Shown: piece after piece, positions 1-14,004 of the stretch
Position numbering within the stretch: position 1 is the stretch's first letter
Layout of the letters: the number at the start of each line of letters is the position of its first letter
NCBI RefSeq assembly: GCF_009914755.1
Contig: NC_060934.1
From: the human T2T-CHM13v2.0 reference genome, Homo sapiens
Strand: one strand, 5' to 3'
Length of the DNA: 64,000 nt
The notes under the pieces: generated by a model
Seen by the model: only the letters and a program-made list of their open reading frames with translations
Told to the model about the DNA's origin: nothing
Database searches by the model: none
Translations under genes and position numbers: made by a program

Positions 1-330
1 GGAAGGGGCTGAGCTGGAAGAGGAGAAGGCCACCTCCTCCTTTTTCACTGGAGGGAAGGGGCTAGAAGGATGCAGTCACCACCTCCAGCAATGGTGGAGG
101 AGCTCCCATCTGAGGCTCTGCCTTTCTCTGAGAAGCATAAGGTGAAGTTACTTGTTGAGAGGTATTAGGTTGGCATAAAAGTAATTGCAGGTAATAGAAG
201 TTAAGTATGAGAGGGAGTGAAGGAAGGATTTAGAAGGGACGGCATAGAGGAATATAGCGGTGAATGATAAAAGGAGGTGACTAAATAGCCCTAAAAGTTC
301 TGGGGACTATCACCAAGGGTCCAGGCAAGG
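1..330 (-). mobile_element. Degenerate L2 (LINE2) fragment
   Basis: ggagctcccatctgaggctctgcctttctctgagaagcataaggtgaagttacttgttgagag resembles antisense L2 ORF2 consensus; boundaries approximate. Confidence 0.5.
165..194. mobile_element. MADE1 (Hsmar1 MITE) remnant, internally deleted
   Basis: ttaggttggcataaaagtaattgcagg matches the MADE1 TIR (ttaggttggtgcaaaagtaattgcgg), followed by taa; TA on both sides. Confidence 0.7.
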
Positions 331-971
331 GCAAGAATAGGTCCCTTATTTGGGTCTAAATCCTAGTGTCAAGCAGAGAGGGGCAGAATTATCAAGGCTC
401 TATCTAAAAATTAAAAGCTATGTTATCTTCAAACGATTATTTCCAATTACAAACTATGAAGTTGTATTGGTTTAAAGTGATCTTAAAATTCAAGCATTTT
501 AGAGCAAGAAGGACCCTTTGACACCATTATTCCAGAAATGGCAAATCCGTTGCAGGCGTTTCTCCCAGAGAAGACATCAGTAATCTGTCACTGGATGGTT
601 ACCTGCCCTGTCTTCAGAGCCTTTCTCATCATTGCTTTTCAGGAAGTCATTGCCTGTCCATCAGAGTTCATATGTGTAATTAAACCTGTTTCCAGCCATG
701 ATAATATAAATGAAAACTGAAAGAGGTCAAGTAATTTGTTCAAAGTAGGACTACTGCTTAGTGGCTCAGCCATACAAAGACTCTAGGTCTCTCCATTCAG
801 TCTGCCATCTGTCATTCTGATGTGCTGTGGAAAAGGTGGCAGACATCTCTGTATTTCAGCAATAACTGTATAATAGACCCAAATCTCCTTGAATATCCTG
901 GTTCCAGCATTTTGTGCAAATTGGACAGACATCTTTGAAAAAGTCAAAGAAGCATTAAGAAAACCTCCAAA

Positions 972-1275
<304 letters not shown>

Positions 1276-1489
1276 AGAAAACTTCCAAAACAGAAGTGCT
1301 GTTGGCCCAGTCAGGCTTGGTTTTAAATGGCCACCCAGGCATACCCTTTGTGTTGGAAATTTCAGTTGCTGCTTCATATGAGTGTCTCTGAAAGTTCTCT
1401 CCTAAGTGCAATTCCCAAGAGCTGATATTTACATGTCACAAATGAGCAACACTCTACTTTGAATACTTTAAATTTATTATATAAATTTA

Positions 1490-1690
1490 TATCATCCTAC
1501 CAATAATCTTATAAAGAGATATATTATTTAATTATCTCATAATAACATATCCAAGTAGATATTATTTATTGAAAAGATAAGGAAACTGAGGCACAAGGGG
1601 CTTGTCAAGGGACTTGCAGAGAGGTCACACAGCTGGAAGGTGACAGAACCAGAATTCAAGTTCAGGCCACCTGATTCAGAGCTGGACCCT
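1490..1690 (-). mobile_element. MIR SINE
   Basis: Antisense MIR core gataaggaaactgaggcac...ggtcacacagctggaaggtgacagaaccagaattcaa. Confidence 0.8.
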
Positions 1691-4149
1691 GAATAATCCT
1701 TAACACATCCTCTCAGCAGAGTTCATAAGCCATGACCAATAACATATTTCAGCAAGTATCTTCTGTTTTAAAGGTCATCCTGGGTAGCTTAAAATTTTTT
1801 CTTTACCTTAAAGAAAGAAACTATCAAATACAGGATTAGAAGCTACTGATGTTCCTTCCTTTTTAAAAAAAAGACAAATTTCAAAACAGTGAGTCTGTAA
1901 GCATTTTAGTCACCCTGGCCTTCAAGAACCATGTATTTTTTAATATGCTTGGTAGGAGCTACACACTTTGTAACAAATAGTTCCCTCAAAAATCTCTGAG
2001 TTATAAAGATGTGAACATTAATCTGACTGAAACTTGATGGTACGATAATACCATCTGATGACTTTCCAGTGTGGGACCCTTATGGATAAGGGGGCCATGC
2101 TGCACTCTTGGTCATTTTCATCCAATTCCAACAAAGACTGGGAGAGAAGAGCAATCCTTCTGTTTTCTTTGATTGTGCACATTCCACACAGTTCTTTATT
2201 GTCTTCCAACTTCTCTTTTTCCTGCCATTTTCAGTCTAGAGAGAGGTTGAACAAATGGAACTCCATGCCTGGGCCAGTGTGAAACTTCCCTGTTCTCTTA
2301 CACAACTCTGCTAAAAACCAAGCTTGGGTGATCCTGGAGCCAGTTCAATGTTTCCCTCTAACAGCGGAGTTCAGCACTGCCGCTAGGAGAAGGGACTCTG
2401 CACTTCACAGCACTGCAAGAAAGAGGAAGCCCACATACTGAGTTCAAGTGCTCTCTCACCCAAACCTGGATCCTCATTTCACCAGCTCTCTTTTAACAGC
2501 CAGGTCTTGGCAAAGTCTCTAGAATAGAAGAGGCACTTCTCTCTGGGGACAAGGAGTAGCGAAAGATCATGACTTATTGGAACTAAAGGCAGAAACATAC
2601 TTGCATGCTGCTGAAGAAAAAATGAATCTTTTATGGAAGTTGTTTAATAAGTGCATCTTTTTAATCACTTCCTTAATTCACCAGTCCACCAATTGATATC
2701 TGAGATGGTATTTGAGGATCACAACAGAAATGTCATACATCTTAGCCTCAACTTTAGAACTTAGCCATAATTAGTCCACCAAGTTCTATCGTCTTCATTT
2801 TCTTGTGATTCTCTAGCTATTCCAGAGAGCATAAGAATCCTGGTTGTTGTTTTTGTGTGTGTGTGTGAAAACACATATATCTATTGGGAAACTTAATACC
2901 CCTGGCAGTTTGCCAAATGCAGTGTAAGAAGAGTTACACAAAGCTGACTTCCCCTCTCTAGAGAGTATCATTTGAGAAGGGCACATGGATGTGAAGTCAC
3001 CTGTGCTCAGTAGAGACAGAATTGGGATAACCAACATAGGTATGGAAAGTCATTGTCTTTAACACACACGGACCTATTGGCAAAAGGGCTAAGAGTAGAA
3101 AATAAAGAATGAGGCCATAGGAGAGCCAAGTGTTGATTTAATCCATTTTAAATCACATATAACTAATCAAACAATGCTTCATTAGCCAAGTTCAAGGTTT
3201 TCCTACTTTGTCATTTTTAATTGCTAATTAAGTATAATAATATTTACTTCTCAATACCTATCACCTAAATGATAAGCTCTTTTCAAGTAAAAGGCAAAAT
3301 CTAAGGAAATCTGTATTTAGCTCAGTTATGTTTGTTCTGCATTTTATGTTCCAGATCATTATTTTAGTTAGTTACATTATTATTACATTATTTTATACTG
3401 TATTATAATGTAATAGCTATTACATTATTTTAGTTAGCTACATGGGTACATGACATCGCCTGTTACGTCAGAAACTCCATAAAGGAGGAAGGAGGAACCT
3501 TGCCTTATTGATCTTTGCATAGGGGCCTTGTCTGAGGGTTCCTAGGAGGATGTTCAATCGGTGTAGCCAGGTGGTGGGTATAAAGGAGGCTGTTGTTCAT
3601 CTAGAACAACTGAGTCCACCACATAGAGGGAGGAGCTGGCCATCCTGCTGAGTTACCCTGCTGCCCACCACAAGGAGGCAGAAGAGCAAAGCACGTTGGG
3701 CCAGGGAAGACCACGTCTTGAGTGACAAGTGGATACTAGGCGCTGTGCTAGCAGCGTTTTGTTTTTTCTCGGTTCTCCTGGAAGACTCACAACAATATCA
3801 CGCATCTCATAGGACTTTGGAAAGACTCTATCAGGAACACACCAAGAGCACCTGGGGCAGGCTTGCTGGAGCCAGGCCCTGCAAAATAATGTTTTTCCTT
3901 GGCTCCACCAAGGGCTTCCAGGCCTGCGGAGTGTCCCCAGGTCTCCTGACCTCCAGCTCAGCGCCTACTTTGAAATGGAAGCTCCTCTACCTCCTGCTCA
4001 CTAGTCCCCTGACTGCCCAGCCTTACCTGCTGGGACCCTCCCAGCAAAGCCTACTCTTGATCCCCCTCCTGACTGCTCTCTAGAGCCCTCTGTATCCCAT
4101 AGGTGCAGACACAGAAAGAGAAAGCTGGGGGAATGGCATGCATGGTGCC

Positions 4150-5125
4150 CTTCACGCTATTGAGCAGAATTTTATTGCTTTGCTGGAAAGTTTGGAGAAC
4201 AATTAGCAATTGATTCAAAAGAATACAAGTTGTACAAGGCAGAAAATATAATCTTAGAATTTTACAAAGTTCAGCTATAAATAATAATTAACTTGTTAAA
4301 GTAATATGAACAATGCACATTAATTTAACCAAAAATCATAATTTGAATGGAAGAATGGGGTCAAGAAGTGGAGGTGAGGTAGGGGTGGGACCAAATATAC
4401 GCCTATGTTGTAGGAGGTCAAAGGAAAATGTCTAAAAATTTTTTAAAAAAAGAAAGAAAGAAATGGCAGTGAGGACATATTATTTGGAAATACGAAACAA
4501 AATACAAAAAAAAAAAAACCCAGCTAGAAGAACTATAAATACAGCTGACCCTTGAACAACCTGGGTTTGAACTTCAGGGTCCATTTATACATGGATTTTC
4601 TTCTACCTCTGCCACCCTTAAGACAGCAGGACCAGCCCCTCCTCTTCCTCCTCCTCCTCAGCCTACTCAATGTGGAGATGATGAGGAAGAAGACCTTCAT
4701 GATGATCCACTGCCACTCAGTGAATAATAAATACATTTTCCACTGCCACTTAGTGAATAGTACATATATTTTCTATTCCTTATGATTTCCTTAATAATAA
4801 TTTTCATTTCTAGCTTATTTTAAGAACACAGCATATATTACATATAACGTACAAAATACGTGTCAATCGACTGTTTATCAGTAAGGCTTCCAGTCACCAG
4901 CAGGCTATTAGTAGTTAAGTTTTGGGGGAGTCACAAGTTATACATGATTTTTAACTGTGCAGGAACTTGGCACCCCTGATCCCCTCTGGCGTCAACTGTA
5001 GTTACCACCTAGGATTTGGACTTGAAAATGGGAGGAAATTAGGGTAAAAACTTTTATAAAAGCTCTGTAGCAATATTTAGCTTTCTAAAATATAAGCATA
5101 TATAAGCTTGATGAAAATGAAAGTT
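4150..5125 (+). mobile_element. Old L1M 3' fragment interrupted by Tigger2a
   Basis: A-rich L1ME/MC-like 3' sequence on both sides of the Tigger2a; subfamily and boundaries uncertain. Confidence 0.45.
4542..4998 (+). mobile_element. Tigger2a (TcMar-Tigger) non-autonomous DNA transposon
   Basis: Starts cagctgacccttgaacaac, ends gtcaactg, TA at both ends, internal cctcctcttcctcctcctcctcagcctactcaa. Confidence 0.9.
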
Positions 5126-6905
5126 AAGGAGAATGGAAAGTCCAGTACCCACTCAGAGACTTCCGGGTGCTTTGCATCCTTGCATCTTCAGAATTCTGTC
5201 CCCTTAGCTGTTTCTGGGCATCTGCAGGCCACAGAGGGGACAGTGCTTCATACCTCAGAGCAGAAATCTGAGACTCTAGGATTGGGCATCTGTTCCTCAA
5301 ATATCCCTCTGCCCCTGGCTGCGGAAGACCATGCCTGCCCCCGTGGATGCGGGCTCAGCTGGCCTCAGCATCTCATTTCCCAATCCCGTGTCTTTTCTCA
5401 TTATGTTCCTATCCTTGAAGATTGCCTCCAGCCATCCCAATTCGCTTCCCTCTGTTGTGCAGAAGGTTTCATCTCTCTTGGACCTTATTCCTCAACACTG
5501 CTCCTAGCTCCCATTAGGACATCCAAAGCCTATCAAGGTTGCTGAGATGATGAGGAACCCATGGGCTTGTGCAATGCATGTCCAGATAGCAAGCTGTTCT
5601 GAGCTCTCCAATATTTCATGGTAAGTTACCTTCTCAGCGTCCCCCTCCCCAGTTAACACTTCCCTTACAATCACATTTAGCTATTTTTAGAATTTTTCTT
5701 GCTCCTTTAGAAGATCCACCTTCTGGGAAAGCTCCTGAAAGTTTGAAATGCTCTCCCCTCCCAGGTTCCCTCCTAAGTGCCGACCTTCTGAGGCATTCCA
5801 CACTCCAACCCCTTCCCCCCTTGCCTCTTCCTTCCATGTCTCTGGGGACTTTGCTTTCTCTTGTGTTCTAATTCCTCAGCTTCTGCACCTCTTGATTGGC
5901 CCTTCTTCTCCTACATTTTGCTGACGTTCCAAAAAAATTCCCTTTTCTGCCCTCTATGAGGTCTCCATAAAGAGTGAGATCTGCTCATCCCTCTATCCAC
6001 TTCTTTTTCTTTTAGAGCAGTTTTAGATTTACATAAAAGCATGAAGATAGAACAGAGAGTTCCCATCTAGCCTGTAACCAGTTTCTCCTGTTACTAACAT
6101 CTTACACTGGTATGGTACATTTGCTACAATTAATAAAATTTATTATTAATAAAAATTATTAATACTTTATTATTTTATAGTTTTACCTAACGTCCTTTTT
6201 CAGTTCCAGGATCCCATCCAAAAAAAACCCACATTACATTTAGTGATCATGTTTTCTTAGCTTTTTCTTGCTGTGACAATTTCTCAGACTTTTTTTTATG
6301 ACCTTGGCAGTTTGAGGAGCACTGGTCAGGTATTTTGCAGAATACTCCTCAGTTTGGGTTTTCGGATATTTTCCTCACAATTAGGCTCAGATTGAGTTAT
6401 TTAGAGGAAGACAGCAGAGATAAAGTGCCATTTTCATCACATCATATTAAGATTTATCACAATGATTTATCATCATGTTGACCTGTAACTTTAATCACCT
6501 GCCAGAGGTCATGTTTGTCAGGTTTCTTCATCGTAAAGTTATCCTTCTTCTCTCCCACACTGTCCTCTTTGGAAGCTATTTTTTACATATGTCTGTCTAA
6601 TCATTCCACCACTATTTATTGAAAAGACTGGACTTCATCCATTTGAATTGCCAAAAGATCAGTAGATTATACTTGTAGAGGTCTATTTCTGGGCTCTCTA
6701 TCATATTTCATTGATCTATGTCCCTATTCTTTCTCTAATATTATGCTGCCTTGATTACTTGATTTTATAGTAAGTCTTGAAATCGGGTAGCATGAGTCCT
6801 TCAACATTGTCCTTTTTCTCAGCATTGTGTTGGCTATTCTTGTGTTGACATATAAACTTTAGAATAAATTTGTCAATATATACAAAAATAGCTTGCTAGA
6901 TTTTG

Positions 6906-7252
<347 letters not shown>

Positions 7253-7901
7253 TAGAGAAGATAAAATTGATATCTTAATATTGTGTTTTTCAGTTCATGT
7301 ATATGGAATCTCTTTCCATTTTATTTAAATCTTTCTTGATTTTTTAAAATCAGAGATTTTTAATTTTCTACATATAGATCCTATATATATTTTGTAGGAT
7401 TCATATACAAATATTTATTTTTCCATGCTATTACAAATAATATTTTTTATTATAATAGTTTTTATTTCTATTTTGTTTCTGATATTGGTAATTTGAGTCT
7501 TCTCTGTTTGCTTGGGTAGCCTGACTACAGGCTTATCAATTTTATTGAACATTTCAAAGAATCAGATTTGCATTTGATTTTCTCTATTGCTTTCCTGTTT
7601 TTAATTTCACTGATTTTTCACTCTAATTTGTGTTATTTCTTTTTTTCTGTTTGTTTTAGGATTTAATTACTAATCTTTCTTTAGCTTCCTAAGGTGGAAG
7701 CTTAAATTGTTGATTTTAGATCTTTTTTCTTTTCTAATATATTCATTTTGCATTTAGTGTTATAAATTTCCTTCTAAGCACTGCTTTAGCTGCATCTCAT
7801 TTATAATAAATATATGTTTAATAAATTGTATGTTTAATTTTTATTTAGTTCAAAATATTTTAAAATTTCTCTTGGAGACTTCTTATTTAACCATGTGTTA
7901 C

Positions 7902-8470
7902 TGAAACTATCCCTAGGAAATTTTTATAAATTGATTAAAGGAAAAAAAGATTAAGTAGGCTTGAAGAACAATTGGCAGCAATCAATAAGCCAGCTCGCCC
8001 TTCGGCCCCTTCTTTGTAGTTAGTTGCCACTTTACTACCCCAGGATAACGTAGCCCTTGTCATGAGACTCTTTGTTCCTTTTCTGTTCTACATATAAGTT
8101 CTATATAAGCTTTCCATTCTGAGCCTCTCCTTTAGATTCTGCATACCACCAACACCAGCTGGTTCAAAGGGCCCAGCAAAAACCTAACTCATGAAAGAAT
8201 GTAGTTTCTATATCCTAATTATCTCCTCCCCCCTTACCTCAACCAATTAATGACCCCAATTTTCCAGTCCCTCATCCTCCACAATCCCCTTAATAACCCT
8301 TGCCCAGGACCCCTCATAGAGAAAGATTTTAGGCTTGAGGATTCCTCCTACTCCTGTTTCCTTGTTCAGTGTCCTTGAGATTATTAAACTCCTTCTCTGC
8401 TGCAAGCCCACCGTCTCAGTGTACTGGTCTGTTGAACACAGTAGTCTATGAATCTAGCAACTCTATAACA
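7902..8470 (+). mobile_element. ERV1 solo LTR, LTR26-like
   Basis: TG...CA termini (tgaaactatccct...ctataaca), attaaa polyA-like signal, flanks ttac/tttc, interrupts L1M. Confidence 0.7.
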
Positions 8471-9923
8471 TTTCTTAAAATTGCATCATTTAATCTCCAA
8501 ACATTTTGTTATTTTCTAGCTATCTTCTGTTACCGATTTCTAGCTTAATTACATTGTGATCTGAAAACATACTTTGTATGATTTCTATTCTCTTAAATTT
8601 GTTAAGGTGTGTTTTATGGCCCATAATGTGGTCTATCTTGGTTATTTTTTTCCTCTGCTATCTCTCAATATTTTCTTTTTGCCTTTGGCTTTTTGCCTTT
8701 TGCATATGATACACTTAGATGCCAATTTTTAAATAATTATCCGGCATGGTGTTCACAGAACTTTCTAAATCTCTGATTTGGTGTCTGTCATTAATTTTGA
8801 AAGTTCTTCAACCATTATTGCTTCAAATATTTACTTGGCTCATTTTCCTCTTCTCAGGTATTTCAGTTGTTTGTATGTAATTAATTGTATTACATTATTT
8901 GTATATAAAATATCTTCTGCAATGGTCCCACAGTTCTTGCATGTTCTATTCTGCTTTGTCGGTTTTATAAAATTTTTACATTTGAGTTTGGAAAATTTCT
9001 AGTGACCTATTTTTAAGTTCACTGATTATTTCCATGACTAGTCTACTGATGAGTTAATCAAAGGCATTCTTAATTTATATTATGTTTTTTATCTCTAGCA
9101 TTTCCTTTTGATTCTTTCTTAGAGCTTCCATCTCTCTGCTTAACTTACCCATCTGTTCTTACATATCATCTATATTTTCCATTAGAGTCTTTAAACTATT
9201 AATCATAGTATTTTAAATCACCTATCTGATAATGCCAACATCTGTGTCATATCTGAGTCTTGTTTTGATGCTTACTTTGTGTCCTCAAACTGTGTTTTTT
9301 TGTTTGTTTGTTTGTTTTTGCCTTTCAGTATGCATTGTAGTTTTTTGTAAAAAGCCAACTATAATGTCTTGGGAATTCAAATAAATAGAACCTTAGTGTG
9401 AGCTTGTATATTTATTCGGCTGGGGATTTGGCTGTGTTTAATATTTGCTATAGCTGTAGGTGCCAGAGGCTTCAAATTCCCCTAGAGTCCTTGTTTTTGG
9501 CTCCCCTGCTGACTTTGGGCTTACCTAAATCTTCCTCCTGAAAGAGAGCCTGTGTCTTGCAGCTCTTTCAGCTGGAATCCATTGTGATTTTACTGACTCC
9601 CTGTTGGTGTGGTGGTGAGGTATGCAGGAAGGGAAGCATTCTACAATCTTATGATTACATCTCAGCATCTTAATTGGCCTGTGTCCCTGGGTTGTGATCT
9701 TCACAAGTATTTCTTAATAATCTTTATGCCCTTTCTTAGACAAGAATATCCAAGGGGGCTAGAGTCAGAGAAATGCTCTTCTCCCATCTGACTAAGGCTG
9801 TGGTGGTCTTTTGCCCTGGAGAATAAGCTTGTCCTATGAAGAACACTGCTTGTACTTCGGAAAGAATACTCTTCCCCTTCCTTTGCCAGAACCATGAGGG
9901 AATATTTTCATCTCCTCACCATG

Positions 9924-10325
9924 GTAATATTAAAATAAAATTCTTAGCCAAATTAAATTTAATAGAGTTTAATTGAGCAAAGAACAATTCACAAATCAGG
10001 CAACCTCCCGAGCCAAAGTAGGCTCAAAGAGGCTCTAGTACAGCCACTTGGTGGAAGAAGATTTATGGACAGAAAAAGGAAAGTGGTATACAGAAAACAG
10101 AAGTGAGGTGCAGAAACAGCCAGATTGGTTACAGCTTGGTATTTGCCTTATTTAAACATGGTCTGAACAGTTGGCCCCCTTGGATTAACCAGAACTCAAT
10201 GATTGGCATGAGAGTAGGTTACAGTCTGTTTACACATCTATTTAGGTTATAGTTCACTATGTACAGAGAAACCTTTAGGCCAAACTCAAAATATTTAAGG
10301 AGGCAGCTTTAGGCTTAATTTAACA
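9924..10325 (-). mobile_element. MER57-family ERV1 solo LTR
   Basis: Reverse complement begins tgttaaattaagcctaaagctgcctccttaaatattttgagtttggcctaaaggtttctc, as in MER57A/B. Confidence 0.85.
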
Positions 10326-10704
10326 ACAGCCTGGTGGGATTCCTGGAAGTCAAACCCAGGAAAGTCTGGGGATCCCCAGTAGTTTCTCACTCTCACAGTA
10401 GTTCACACTCAGCCTTAAGCAATTTGTTAAAATTCCCATTTAAATTGTTCCTACCGGTTTATGGCCCCAGCAACTTCTGCTCCTGGCAAGCAGATCTCTA
10501 GATCTGCTTCAAGCTGTGACTCTAGATTTGCCTGTCTCTCCAGATTTTAGGGTAGCAGTTTGTCCTGAGGCCTCAGTTCTCTGATGAGTCTGAGAAAAGT
10601 CATTGGTCTTCAGCTTGTTCAGTTTTTTCTTGTTGCAAGGAGGGGAGTGATGACCTCTAAGCTTTTTGTGTGTCAAAGCTGAAACTAGAAGTCCCATGCA
10701 TTTT

Positions 10705-11480
10705 TCCCCGATATTTATTAGAAGCCTACTCCATATCATGCCACATGGCAGTGAACACAAGACACAAAATCCCTGCCTTTGCTGAGCTGACATAGATATC
10801 TGGGAACTTCTAATGCTTCATTTCCAGCCTTGCCTTTCCTCCTAAATCAAAGATACATGCCTCTAGCTGTTAGAAGGGTGTCCCATTGGCCCCTCGAACC
10901 CAATATTTCCAATCTGGAGCTCGGTTTCTTCTCCACCAAACCAGCTGCTAGTTCTGCATTCACTCTGGTCCTTTTAGACACTGATCACTTCCTCCCCCAA
11001 ATTCCTCTATTTTATCAATAAACCTGTCACTTGCTTCTTCTTAGCTCTTAACTGAGACCTGTGCTCTTCATCCCCATAGCCATAACCTTAGTTTGGGTCG
11101 CAGTCACCTCTGTCTGGGATGTTCCGGTGGTCTCCTGACTTCAATGCCCTCCAGTCCTTTGCCTACATTACTACCCTACTTATATTTTTAATGTTCCCTT
11201 ATTATTCTTAAAATATCATGAATATAAGACAAAGTCCAAGTTTCTCACCATGCATGCAAGATCCTTTACCTTCTGGTCACCAGCTGCCTACTCATCTTTC
11301 CATTCTCATCTCCATAACTCCTCCCACCCCTTGCCAACTGTGCCGGGGCAAGTCCCTTTGCCCACATTGTCCTTGCTCTCTCCCCATGTCCCATGGACCC
11401 CCTAATAATCCTTAAGCAGCTCGTTCATCTTTCCTTAATTCCTAGGCAAAATGAATTCATTCCTTTTCCATGTTTACACA
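10705..11480. mobile_element. L2 fragments (short antisense 3' end, then a sense fragment)
   Basis: cacaaaatccctgcctttgctgagctgaca and aaagtccaagtttctcaccatgcatgcaagatccttt resemble L2 3' region. Confidence 0.55.
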
Positions 11481-12461
11481 CATGCATGTTTTCTGTGACG
11501 TTTAACTCTCTAAGGTGATTATAAATATATATTTTTTCTCTTCTGCTAAAAAATATGTGGCTTTTTAGGAGACACAGCTCACCCTCAGTTACTTCTTGTG
11601 GCCTGACAAGCCAGAGGTATACAGCAAGCAATAAGTATTAGTTCTCACACCAAGAAACCATATGAAAATTGAAATATTTGATTAATATTTGTTGCAAGAA
11701 AATTGAAATATTTCATCAATATTTGTTTCAAGAAAACAATGTTTACTATTATAAAATGGAAGGATCTGGGCTTTTCACTGACTTTTATCTTTATCCTGGT
11801 CTTGAGATTACCTGGCTGATTTCTACGTTTACTCTTGCCCACCTGACACCCTTATCATACCCTCATTAGAAATACACTAAGCAAGCAACCAAATATTTTA
11901 TTAACTAATAATATAACAGGAAAAATAAGCAAAACCCCATGCATCTTCAAACATTTGTCTCATTTTGCATGCCTTCCTCTGTTTAGTAAATTATATGATT
12001 TAAATGTAGAAGTCCCACCATGAAGGAAACCTCACTATTCACCAAGGAGGAGAACAGAAGGAAAAACAAACTCTCCACTAATGTGTTTTAAAATTAAACC
12101 AGGTATGCTTCATAAAATAATAGACAGCAGCTTCTGGTTAGTTAAGCTGGAATTACATTATTTTTTAAAGAGTTGAGACAGGGGCAAAAAGCAGGCAGAT
12201 TAATTACTGTTTTACTTAATTGATGTTATATTTGAGGGGCTTGAATAAAGCTTACCAAATTATGAACAGGCCTATGTCTTCATTCTTTCAGCAAACTCTG
12301 TCTAGTATATACTTGAGGCTCTATGAAAACAGCTGAACAGCTTGCAAGTGAGTTGGGAAATGTCAGTGAGTAAATCAGGGAAGACAATAAAATTGGAGAA
12401 GGGGGGCTATGCCCATCTACACGGTAGCATGTAGCCCACAGAAGACTTCATTATGAGACAA

Positions 12462-13154
12462 TGTAACGGCCCAACAGGTTCACCTTGTCCACTGCCTAGA
12501 CAGAGTCCATTTATCAAGACAGGGGAATTGCAATAGAGAAAGAGAATAATTCATGCAGAGCTGACTGTATGGGAGACCAGAGTTTTATTATTACTCAAAT
12601 CAGTCTCTCCAAAGACTCGGGGATTGGGGTTTTTAAGGATAATTTGGTGGGTAGGGGCCAGTGAATCAGGAGTGCTGATTGGCTGGGTCAGAGATAAAAT
12701 TATAGGGAGTTGAAGCTGTCCTCCTACACTGAGTCAGTTCCTGAGTGGAGACCACAAGATCAGATGAGTCAGTTTATCAATCTGGGTGGTGCTAGCTGAT
12801 CCATCAAGTGCAGGGTCTGCAAAAATATCTCAAGCCCTGACCTTAGGTTTTGTAACAGTGATGTTATCCCCAGGAGCAATTCGGGGAGGGTCAGAATCTT
12901 GTAGCCCCTCGCTGCCTAACTCCTAAACCATAATTTTGAATCTTGTTGCTAATTTGTTAGTCCTACAAAGGCAGTCTAGTCTCCAGGCAGGAAGGGGGTT
13001 TGTTTGGGGAAAAGGCTGTTACTATCTTTGTTTTAAAGTTAAACTATAAACTAAGTTCCTCCCAAAGTTAGTTTGGCCTATGACAGGAATGAACAAGGAC
13101 AACTTGGAGGTTGGAAGCAAGATGGAATGGATTATGTCAGCAATGGCGGTTTCA
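12462..13154 (-). mobile_element. LTR8 (ERV1) solo LTR, copy 1
   Basis: tgtaacggcccaacaggttcaccttg...gcggtttca; colinear with 22935-23614; small deletion near the LTR 5' end. Confidence 0.88.
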
Positions 13155-13711
13155 ACCCCTACTCCTGAGTCCTGAAGGGCAAATTGTGCTTCCCCACCTG
13201 GGCTGGGTGGAAGGCATTCCTGGTAGCAGGGACTGGATGAGCACAAACGTAGTGGCTTGAAACAGCAAACAAATGTAGTGGGGTATAGGGAGTGAATACG
13301 AGGGTTCGTGTTGCCAAGGTTCTGTCAGCTTTGTAGTATGGCACTGAAATATGAGGTGACTTTAGTCACAAGCATTGATATCAAAAACAACTTAAAATCA
13401 AGTCAAAATAACATTAATGCTGGCAGAAAAGTCTTGCTTGACCACTCAGGAAATCTTCCCGTGGAAATTCCTACTGCAGTCATTAGTTTTTTTTAAGATT
13501 TTTCAACTTTTTATTATGATCATCAAATATATTGTCATTTTCCAGTTTCACTTTTTAAAGAAAATTCATTTTTTTAAATTCAAATTTTGATAGATTGAAA
13601 TGGAATAGAAATTCAAATTTTAAAGAGTAAATTTATTTTGTAAATATACACAAAAATTAGGACAGAGAAACTTAAGGGTAGTTTTTTTAACTTGAGCTTG
13701 TATTGAAGTTG

Positions 13712-13853
13712 GAATTGCCAGTTAAAATTTAGGACTCCAATTAAATTTGAATATTTATTCACTATTTGGGACATACTAAAAAAAGTGTGTATCTGAAATT
13801 CAAATTTTGGGGGGCATCCTCCTCTATTTTTATTTGCTAAATCTGGCAGCTCT
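13712..13853. mobile_element. MER53 (hAT) DNA transposon, partial
   Basis: ttgccagttaaaatttaggactccaattaaatttgaat...tatctgaaattcaaattt...tatttgctaaatctggcagc. Confidence 0.75.
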
Positions 13854-14004
13854 AACTGGAATATAACTTAGTTGTATACCCCCCAAGCTTTATTTGCAGT
13901 TAGGCATTTGAAAATGATGGTCATATAACACAAAGCAGAACTGAACATACAAGCAATCAACCCATTTGCAACATGACTGAAAATTCTCTTAAGATTTCCT
14001 GGTA

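Noticed and set aside
3580-4083. TATA-like box followed by a 121-aa ORF with a hydrophobic N-terminus
   Set aside because: The ORF starts at TTG, has no recognisable homology, and there is no CpG island or other promoter support.
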